IMG/VR virus record: IMGVR_UViG_3300046453_000026 | Coordinates: 700 to 64,699 of that record | Origin: a virus | Taxonomy: Duplodnaviria > Caudoviricetes | Reading direction: 5' to 3' (one strand) | Length of the DNA: 64,000 nucleotides | Part shown: in pieces, positions 57,176 to 64,000 of the stretch | Layout: each line of letters starts with the position of its first letter | Position numbering within the stretch: position 1 is the first letter of the stretch | Program-made: the position numbers and the translations under genes | Notes under the pieces: model-generated | Seen by the model: only the letters and a program-made list of their open reading frames with translations | Told to the model about the DNA's origin: nothing | The model's database searches: none

Positions 57176-57647
57176 TAGCGTCAGCCTTCGGAAGTGCTTC
57201 GAGGTCTTCTTGGAGCCTCCGCAGATCGTCTGTGATATCCCGCGTGCGCTGCATAATCAGCAGTACCACCGGGACCATATCCGTCTCGAAGGCACTCAGG
57301 GCGTTGTACTCGTCCAGCAGCGTGTTAATACCGTCTTGCAGCATAGAGCGCTTGTACTCGATATCGCGCTTCGGAAGTATGTACCCTGTGATCTGCCGGA
57401 TGGCCTGTTTCTTACCTTCTAGCTCTTTCTCCAGCCGCTGGCGCTGCGTCACAAGATAGGCACCCTTACGCTCCAGCTCTTCGTTACCTTCGTTTGTGCG
57501 AATGAAGTATTGGTGGATGCCGTCCTCGATCATGACCACATCCGGCAGCACCCGCTTGATGGTCTCGAACCTCTCCTTGGCGAGTTCGAGATTAGCCATC
57601 TCAATGCTGTGGAAGGTGCGCAGGCGTTCGATATCATCTATCGCCAT
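57168..57647 (-). CDS. Hypothetical coiled-coil protein
   Basis: Coupled ORF; start at 57647 or 57656. Confidence 0.5.
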   Translation of the reverse strand: MAIDDIERLRTFHSIEMANLELAKERFETIKRVLPDVVMIEDGIHQYFIRTNEGNEELERKGAYLVTQRQRLEKELEGKKQAIRQITGYILPKRDIEYKRSMLQDGINTLLDEYNALSAFETDMVPVVLLIMQRTRDITDDLRRLQEDLEALPKADANG

Positions 57648-58038
57648 AGGGGCCATCTCCCTTGTATCCGCGCGGGCGCATTACCCGACCGCTGGTGGCA
57701 CCGTACATACTGTCAATCATCCGGTTGGCCCGCGCCTGCACCATACCTTTATGTGTGGCCGAAATAACAGCTCCTACCATCTGCCCGTAGTTGTTGTTTT
57801 CTGGAGGTGAGATCAGCTTGTTAAGGACCTCTTGCAGCTTGGCCGCTCCTTCGTCATCTCCCACTGCCTGCATGCTCTCGATGGACTCTTTGGTCATTTC
57901 AACCACGCCCTTAATGAGCGGATGGTCTGAAAGTGTGCCTTCTGCCAGCTCGTTAAGAAGTTGTACCGCTTGCGCGGAGAGGGTGACGGTCAGTGTGCCG
58001 TCCTCGTTCAGGGTCCAGCTCTTGCTCTTGTCACTCAT
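57634..58038 (-). CDS. Hypothetical protein
   Basis: AAAGGAG RBS. Confidence 0.5.
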   Translation of the reverse strand: MSDKSKSWTLNEDGTLTVTLSAQAVQLLNELAEGTLSDHPLIKGVVEMTKESIESMQAVGDDEGAAKLQEVLNKLISPPENNNYGQMVGAVISATHKGMVQARANRMIDSMYGATSGRVMRPRGYKGDGPYGDR

Positions 58039-58333
58039 AGTGGATAGTCTCCTTTGGGGCTTCCGCCCTTAGTTCTGTAGTAGCTTGGATTAGCACCTGT
58101 TGCTGCTCTGTCACGGTTAGTAGCCGGAATCGTGGTACTTCATTTCCTTCTGCATCCTGCACCGTTGTATGGAAGGACTTCTCGGACCGTACCCATACCT
58201 GCGGCTTGTCAACGTGCATATTTTGATACACGACTGTAGCCTCGCCGTCAGCTTCGCGCTTCGCGTCTGCTATAAGCACCCGATAGTACTCCTTACTCTT
58301 ATAATGCTGGTACACGCTGCCCGGGTAGATCAT
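58031..58333 (-). CDS. DUF1653-like protein
   Basis: G.VYQHYK...YRV...A......VVYQ......WVR....F.......PRF motif. Confidence 0.8.
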   Translation of the reverse strand: MIYPGSVYQHYKSKEYYRVLIADAKREADGEATVVYQNMHVDKPQVWVRSEKSFHTTVQDAEGNEVPRFRLLTVTEQQQVLIQATTELRAEAPKETIHYE

Positions 58334-58953
58334 TAGCCTTTCTCCGGCGCAGAGGGCGGTGTGGCAGCAGGTGCATTAAAGGACAGCGCGCCGGACATCA
58401 GCATGGAACCGATAGCCTTCGTGACCAGCTCTTGCAGCATCCCGTCTACCCGCTTTTCGTCGAAGTTGGCTGCGACCCGCTCCCTGTACTCCTCAGTCAC
58501 GTATTGTGGGATAAGCTTCCGAACCTCGACTTCAACGAGCGGCTTCAGGTCGTCGGTAGCTTTCTGCCACGACTTGCGATAGTCGTCTCCATAATTGCGC
58601 ACAACTTCCTCAGCCATCGCCCGGATGGTCTGTCCACTACCTGTGTTGAGGCCCGCCGTTTTCATAGCATTATTGAAGTGTTCCGCAAGGATTTCTGCTC
58701 CCCACCCGGAGAACGAACGCTTGTGTCCGTTCCACACGTTAGCCTCGTCTATCTTAATGGCAGCGTCAATCATCTGCTGCACCTTACGCTCAGCCAGCTT
58801 AGTAGCCTGCTCTTCCACCTTAGCTGCGATGTGCGGGTTGTTCAGCCACGCGTCCAGCATGGCGCTCGCAAGATTTTGCTTGATCTGCGCGGTAGGCAGT
58901 TCCCCATGTACGAACCCGATCAGTTCTTCAATGCTCAGTGTAATTTTACCCAT
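58333..58953 (-). CDS. Hypothetical protein
   Basis: AAAGGAG RBS. Confidence 0.55.
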   Translation of the reverse strand: MGKITLSIEELIGFVHGELPTAQIKQNLASAMLDAWLNNPHIAAKVEEQATKLAERKVQQMIDAAIKIDEANVWNGHKRSFSGWGAEILAEHFNNAMKTAGLNTGSGQTIRAMAEEVVRNYGDDYRKSWQKATDDLKPLVEVEVRKLIPQYVTEEYRERVAANFDEKRVDGMLQELVTKAIGSMLMSGALSFNAPAATPPSAPEKG

Positions 58954-59011
58954 TATTTCCAGCTCCTTTGATTTTGTTTGATGGGCAGGTTGCTACCCTG
59001 CCCAGTCTTCG

Positions 59012-59320
59012 CTACTCCAGCTCTTCTTCTCCGTCATCGTCCCAACTACCCGCGCCTTCGTCCTCTGCCTCTTCCTGCTCTGTCACCCATGTGCGGATGA
59101 TCTCGCGTTCCCGTTCGCCCGGTTTGAGGCTGCTGTTGAAGCGGTTTACTACGCCTGCCGCCCGCGCTGTCAGAGCATTACCGACCTCGTCATCGGACAG
59201 AGAACCATCATTGATGCTCTCTTCTTCGATCTCCACCAGTACCTCTTCCCACGAAGCGGAGGCCTCAAGCTCTTTAGTCTTGGACTTCCGAACCTCACCG
59301 TGCACTACGAATACCTTCAC
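59012..59320 (-). CDS. Hypothetical acidic protein
   Basis: Coupled ORF. Confidence 0.5.
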   Translation of the reverse strand: MKVFVVHGEVRKSKTKELEASASWEEVLVEIEEESINDGSLSDDEVGNALTARAAGVVNRFNSSLKPGEREREIIRTWVTEQEEAEDEGAGSWDDDGEEELE

Positions 59321-59937
59321 TCCTGCCCGCTCCCTTTAGCTTCCACGGTCTCCATGGCGCTCTCGATTTCTGTTGCTCCCTCTGCCCCGTCTGAGGCGTC
59401 GGCTATCTGCTGCATCTCTTCAGTCAGCATTCCCATGGTGCGCATACCTGCCTTATTAAAGGCCTCTTCTAAACTTGCCAGCGTCCTCATGGTATACACT
59501 CGGGTCTCCAGCGAACCGCTCAGTCTGTGCATTGCAGTATGAAGGTTCTCAACCTCTTTAAGTAGCTGCGGGTTGCGCAGCACAAAGCTCTTCAGCGGTG
59601 CCGCCATGGATACAAAGTCCTTATGCTCCCGGCGAATCTTGCGATTTTCTTTAAGCTTCAGAAGTATGCCGTGCGCATCCTTGCGTGGAAAGTCGGCCAG
59701 CTCGACCGCGTGGGTCAAGTCTCCATATTCAAGGTCCATCGCATGCACTTGGTCATGTGCTGCGTCATGCAGGATCGGTACCTTAACCAGCGCATGGTGC
59801 AGCATGTCAATCAGCATCAGAAGCCCACCTGCACCCTTCAGAACCTCGGCGGGTATCGCGGTCTTCATTGCCTGCTCTCCCTGCCGCTTACTCTCTACCA
59901 GCCTACGTCTTGCCTGCCCCATCTCAATCAGTCCCAT
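59317..59937 (-). CDS. Hypothetical coiled-coil phage protein
   Basis: DLTHAVEL...LKENRKIRREHKD...R.Y..R pattern. Confidence 0.6.
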   Translation of the reverse strand: MGLIEMGQARRRLVESKRQGEQAMKTAIPAEVLKGAGGLLMLIDMLHHALVKVPILHDAAHDQVHAMDLEYGDLTHAVELADFPRKDAHGILLKLKENRKIRREHKDFVSMAAPLKSFVLRNPQLLKEVENLHTAMHRLSGSLETRVYTMRTLASLEEAFNKAGMRTMGMLTEEMQQIADASDGAEGATEIESAMETVEAKGSGQE

Positions 59938-61526
59938 CTATCCAGTTTGTATGAGGCTGTGCCTGTTGCTGCTGTCACTCGTATAGTAGCGTTAAGTGCC
60001 GCGCCACTTTGTAGGCGGATACCACATGCCGACGCTTCTTCGTATCCACCAAGCTGTGCGTTCTTCGAATACGATTCGATAGTGGAGCGTACTTCCCGAA
60101 GCTCGGACTTCAGCGTCTCAGGGAATAGCGCAATCCCTGCGCGTCCGGCGCGGTTGTCCCTCGCTCCGTCAAGTATGAAGATAACGGCCTTGCCTTGGTG
60201 CGCGTTCTCCTCGTACCACATGGACGGCTGATATGTGACGCCTGTTACCTTGCACCATCCACTCGTGAGTCCCCATTGAGACGGTGCAGAGCCGCCGCTA
60301 TATACGTACCAGTTAACTGGGTTGCGGCGTTCCTCTGTATCCCATTGCAGGATAGGCGGCGCGTCCGCGTTGACAGCGGTCAGGAGCGCGGTGAAGGCAT
60401 CGGTTCCACTACGCACTTGGTACTCGATAACTTCAGCGTTCGGAAGCACGGTCTCCAAGAACTTACGCCATGTCATAGTGACCGTTGGGAGCGTCATCGC
60501 CTTGGCTGGGGTTGGAGCGTCCTTTGCCTTCAAGTGGCCGAACAATCCGCCAGCCGCTTGCTCGTTTTTCGGAAGTGCAGGCTTCCATATCGTTTCGATC
60601 TCGTCCAGCCTTGCGAATCGGCGTTCTAGTGATGGTGCAAGTCCCAGCTTCTCGAATATCTTCTCGGCTTGGGCGATGTTCCCGGCGCTCGGTGCAGCTT
60701 GTGGGCGCTGGTACTGCAATGGGTGCATCTTGGCAGAGAAACGCTTCTTCACGCTCTCAAACTCCATGCCGGACTGAATGTCGTCGAGCAGGGTCCCGAT
60801 CATGGAGCTTCTGACGTGGGCGAATCCAGCCGGAGCAGTAGCCACCGCCAGCCATACTGCGTTGTTGCGGGTCTTGAGGTTCTTGACATGCACACCGCTT
60901 TCCGCCAGCTTCAGGAACCATTCTGCCACGCCCAGCGTCTTCTCACTACGGTACAGCACCTCACTCTTTAGAAGCGTGACCGCTTGCTGTATGGTTGGCA
61001 GGCTGTACGACTGAATAGCTTCCTGAAGCATCCGATAGTCTTCGCGCTTCTCAGCCATCTTCTGGCCTGCCGTCATAAGGCGGCTTGTGTACACGGACTT
61101 CGGAATCTGGGTAACAGACATGTGTGTCCATTCGCCTGTCTGCGGTTGTCCCCATACCTTTTCTTCCGACAGGAACACTCCTGTCACCTCGGCCTTCTTG
61201 ACCGCCTCAATCACTGCATTCACGGACGGCAGGAAGAACGTTGGCGCGTTCAAGTCCCACATGACAGGCTTTATCGTACTGTCCGCCTCGATGGTCACCA
61301 GTCCGCCGAAGCGGTCGACGAAGTTCGCGCAGGCTCGGCAGGTGTAGTACTGTCGAGCTTCGGCGGGCAGGTTGTGTAGGAACAGCTCGAACAGGTTGCC
61401 CGCGTCTGTTGTAAACAGGCGTGTTCCCTCCGTTACGTTCGCGCTGTAGTTGTGCCTAACCGCCTGCTCCAGCGCCGGATAGTTGTGGTTATTCTCATTA
61501 GGGGCCGTCCCCGTAGTCATTGTCAT
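59928..61526 (-). CDS. Conserved-looking phage protein of unknown function (532 aa)
   Basis: Long RBS-supported ORF with CRAC..F..RFG and PLQYQRPQA motifs. Confidence 0.7.
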   Translation of the reverse strand: MTMTTGTAPNENNHNYPALEQAVRHNYSANVTEGTRLFTTDAGNLFELFLHNLPAEARQYYTCRACANFVDRFGGLVTIEADSTIKPVMWDLNAPTFFLPSVNAVIEAVKKAEVTGVFLSEEKVWGQPQTGEWTHMSVTQIPKSVYTSRLMTAGQKMAEKREDYRMLQEAIQSYSLPTIQQAVTLLKSEVLYRSEKTLGVAEWFLKLAESGVHVKNLKTRNNAVWLAVATAPAGFAHVRSSMIGTLLDDIQSGMEFESVKKRFSAKMHPLQYQRPQAAPSAGNIAQAEKIFEKLGLAPSLERRFARLDEIETIWKPALPKNEQAAGGLFGHLKAKDAPTPAKAMTLPTVTMTWRKFLETVLPNAEVIEYQVRSGTDAFTALLTAVNADAPPILQWDTEERRNPVNWYVYSGGSAPSQWGLTSGWCKVTGVTYQPSMWYEENAHQGKAVIFILDGARDNRAGRAGIALFPETLKSELREVRSTIESYSKNAQLGGYEEASACGIRLQSGAALNATIRVTAATGTASYKLDRWD

Positions 61527-61530
61527 TGGT

Positions 61531-61674
61531 TTAATTCACTCCCTGTGCGTAGTCAATATCGAACTCATACATCTGCGACAAGTACTGCCGCTTAATCACC
61601 AGCCATGCACACCCGCTCTCATGGTGTGCCATAACGAATACGATCTGATAAGGCTCGCCGCGCACGTTGACCAT
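61531..61674 (-). CDS. Small hypothetical protein (47 aa, not in the ORF track)
   Basis: GGGAGG RBS before ATG 61674. Confidence 0.4.
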   Translation of the reverse strand: MVNVRGEPYQIVFVMAHHESGCAWLVIKRQYLSQMYEFDIDYAQGVN

Positions 61675-61775
61675 GCCGCCCTCCCTATACCTACCCCAGC
61701 GTTCCAAGATGGATACGCTAGGAATGTAGGTGAAGGCGGGATCGTACGGCCTAAAGCGTTGGTGCTCGGTGTCCT

Positions 61776-62726
61776 CTACTTTGGGGAGGGTGGGGCCGGA
61801 CGCCTACGTGCAGGTGGCGTAGCAAGCGGGCTATTAAGGGCATCTATGGCCTGCTGCCGCTCTGCCATATCCTCTGCTGTTAGCTGCTCCGGCTCCCCAC
61901 CGCTTAGTCCGCCCAGCAGCTCTTGCGGGACCGGAGGCGAAGAACGTACAGGCTTACCCATTACCTGCTGCTGAAACGGCTTACCGACGTTTGTACGCTT
62001 GGTCGCCCGGCCGTTTGCGCTATGGTACACCGTTTCATGTCCTTGTGGCTTCAGGGTAACCTCCAGCGGGTAACTTCCCGGAGTCGGTTCCCTGTACTGC
62101 CGTTTGTAGCCCACCACGTTAATGTACGGCGCGACTTCTTCCTGCTCGTCCATAAGCAGCAGCAGGTCAACCAGTGCCATTGTGTCCTCCATTGCGGAGT
62201 GAGCGCCCTCCAGCGAAACGCCGTAGTGCGCGGCCATCGCTGTGAGCTTATGACTACCCTTCGGAACCCGGTCGCGCGCGATGGTCAGCGGGCACAGGAT
62301 GTCGATATACTCCAGACTCCCAAAGTGCCCCATCTGCCGCTCCAGCATGTTTTTCAGTACGGTGTAGTCAAAGGTAGCGTTGTATGCTACAAGCACCGGG
62401 TCCTCTGCTGTCTCTTCCGGCTCGTTCTCCGCTCCAAGTATCATATCCCATAGGATGCTCGCGGCCTTGTACTCCGACATACCCTTCAGAAGGTCGGCGC
62501 GGCTATGATGCCCATTCTCTAAGGCTTGAGACCAGCCCGTCTCCGGGTGGTCCATTGGATTATAGTAAATCAGGGTGTTGAACATGCTAGTGACTTCGCC
62601 CTCTACTACCCGGACGGCGCACACCTCAACGGGCCGCTGCGCCATCAGATCGAGCTTACCGTCCGGGGTCTGCGCCCCGTTAGTTTCGAAGTCGAGTACA
62701 ATCAGTGTCCGTGGAATCACGATCAT
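61776..62726 (-). CDS. DEDDh 3'-5' exonuclease (DnaQ-like)
   Basis: VLDFETNG, VAYNATFD and HSAMEDT motifs. Start moved to ATG 62726. Confidence 0.88.
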   Translation of the reverse strand: MIVIPRTLIVLDFETNGAQTPDGKLDLMAQRPVEVCAVRVVEGEVTSMFNTLIYYNPMDHPETGWSQALENGHHSRADLLKGMSEYKAASILWDMILGAENEPEETAEDPVLVAYNATFDYTVLKNMLERQMGHFGSLEYIDILCPLTIARDRVPKGSHKLTAMAAHYGVSLEGAHSAMEDTMALVDLLLLMDEQEEVAPYINVVGYKRQYREPTPGSYPLEVTLKPQGHETVYHSANGRATKRTNVGKPFQQQVMGKPVRSSPPVPQELLGGLSGGEPEQLTAEDMAERQQAIDALNSPLATPPARRRPAPPSPK

Positions 62727-63045
62727 CCGACCTCCCCTTGTCCTCAATTTGATCGTACACAATATAATTGTCGTCCTCTCCAAGTACGTAGCGGACGCCA
62801 TCTTTGACGTAGCCCCTGCACCACTTGACGAAAAGGTCGCGCGGTACGCCGCTGGTGTGGCGGCAGTTCGGGGTAGTGTTGTACAGTACATACATCCATG
62901 TGGTCGCTACGATGTGGCGGCGACGCACTCCGCCGTTGTGAAACTCGGTGACCCCTTCATCCACTAACTTAGCGAGCTGGGGCCAGCTCAGGCTTTTAAG
63001 TTTGCGACGTGCACTCTCTGCTGCGTTCTTTTGGGTGGCGGTCAT
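62680..63045 (-). CDS. Hypothetical protein
   Basis: Coupled ORF. Confidence 0.45.
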   Translation of the reverse strand: MTATQKNAAESARRKLKSLSWPQLAKLVDEGVTEFHNGGVRRRHIVATTWMYVLYNTTPNCRHTSGVPRDLFVKWCRGYVKDGVRYVLGEDDNYIVYDQIEDKGRSDDRDSTDTDCTRLRN

Positions 63046-63371
63046 TTCGATCTACCCACTTCCGAAGTAGGTGGCGGAGGCGGCTCAATGCCTAACGCGA
63101 TGCGCAATCTCCGGGTCGCTACGTCTACCCGGTATGTCGCGATGTTCATATCGTCGATTGCTACGTTGATGTAGGCGGACTCTGCTTGGTCGAAGTTCTT
63201 CTCAGCTCGCCGGAGTTCCCGGTTGGCCTCAAAGAATTCAATCTGCGCGTCCATGATCCCGTCGTGCGCCGGATTTTTGCCCTTCGGAAGGTCGGACAAT
63301 GCTCCGATTTTTGCCTTGTGCTGATCAATACCGAACAGCCCCGCCATGCTACCGAAAACGCCTTTTACCAT
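63042..63371 (-). CDS. YaaL/DUF2508-like protein
   Basis: EA.RE...A..NF..A....I..AI.....A..R pattern. Confidence 0.5.
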   Translation of the reverse strand: MVKGVFGSMAGLFGIDQHKAKIGALSDLPKGKNPAHDGIMDAQIEFFEANRELRRAEKNFDQAESAYINVAIDDMNIATYRVDVATRRLRIALGIEPPPPPTSEVGRSK

Positions 63372-63397
63372 ATTCCCAATCCCCTCACGTTGTTGTT

Positions 63398-63985
63398 TTA
63401 GCAGGAGCCGTTAAGTAGACTCACATCTGCTGATAAATGGATAATTGCCGGAAGATTCGCATTCGTCTTTTCGACGAAGTCAACGGTCGATACTCCCAGA
63501 GCCTGTAAATGCTCCAGAGCCTGTTTTCCGCTCGCTGCCGTGTCAATCACGTTATTAAGCTCGTTCTTCAGCTTGTGCACATCCTTCTTGTCTTTAAGCA
63601 GCTTCTGAAGTGCGGCGTCCTTCTGAAGCTTGTGGATAAGGTTACCCACCTCTTCGTTACCATAGGATACGTACTCCCCGCCGCTCTCGATGGTGTTAAT
63701 GGCCCGGTGGCTCAGCGCATTCCTAACGGTGCCAAACAGGTGAGCAGTCATCTTGCGGGTGTCTGAGATGTCCTGCACAACGCCGCTGTAATTTGTGGTG
63801 CTGTTCATGAGCTTCTGAAGCTGCTCAGTCAACCCACTGTCGAACTTGTGCATGATGTCCTTTCCGTGAGTTGGGATGTCACCGATCAGCCCACGGATGA
63901 TGCGGTTCAGCTCCTCGTGGAAATGCTCCTTGTAGTAGGCCTCGACCTGCTTCGTCAGATTCTCCCGGCTACGTGTGGACAGCAT
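63398..63985 (-). CDS. Hypothetical protein (start may lie outside the window)
   Basis: Long minus-strand ORF. Confidence 0.55.
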   Translation of the reverse strand: MLSTRSRENLTKQVEAYYKEHFHEELNRIIRGLIGDIPTHGKDIMHKFDSGLTEQLQKLMNSTTNYSGVVQDISDTRKMTAHLFGTVRNALSHRAINTIESGGEYVSYGNEEVGNLIHKLQKDAALQKLLKDKKDVHKLKNELNNVIDTAASGKQALEHLQALGVSTVDFVEKTNANLPAIIHLSADVSLLNGSC

Positions 63986-64000
63986 TTCGACAAAATCCCG

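Larger units (their letters stand above)
6..63290. repeat. Genome-wide dispersed quasi-palindrome CTTC[C/G]GAAG (about 95 perfect copies)
   Basis: Manual scan. Example starts: 6, 214, 474, 1117, 1578, 4036, 4673, 7548, 10707, 16747, 17223, 25785, 26388, 33429, 37857, 41385, 46736, 52261, 57369, 63282. Confidence 0.95.

Noticed and set aside
6-63290. CRISPR array or REP/MITE interpretation of the repeated motif
   Set aside because: The unit is only 9-17 bp, irregularly spaced and mostly inside coding sequence, with no spacer periodicity, target duplications or cas/transposase genes.
6-63290. UUCG RNA tetraloop explanation for the motif
   Set aside because: Both orientations are common relative to the single transcription direction, and the flanks pair around the central base rather than around UUCG, so a DNA-level role fits better.

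Overview
The window is a 64 kb segment of a contractile-tailed (myovirus) phage genome of a spore-forming Firmicute. Strong GGAGG ribosome-binding sites and SpoVT and YaaL-like genes point to this host group; Paenibacillaceae is inferred. Nearly all real genes are on the minus strand. Read right to left they are: small early/accessory genes (64-48.8 kb), an AT-rich control region with tandem Spo0A-like boxes (48.7-47.9 kb), terminases, portal, MuF, two giant head-region proteins, a protease/scaffold gene, major capsid, neck, sheath, tube, chaperones, tape measure, baseplate, fibres and lysis genes. Two signals stand out. (1) The 9-bp quasi-palindrome CTTC[C/G]GAAG occurs about 95 times by manual count (about 0.5 expected by chance), in all reading frames, after stop codons and inside promoter spacers. 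(2) A 2325-aa head-region protein carries a collinear sigma-70-like module and a SNF2 ATPase separated by clustered hydrophobic-x-K-[S/A] motifs. The same motif recurs in the capsid, scaffold, portal, MuF and a neighbouring polyvalent protein, suggesting a protease-processed, virion-packaged effector system. All family calls are by-eye motif recognition, not database searches.
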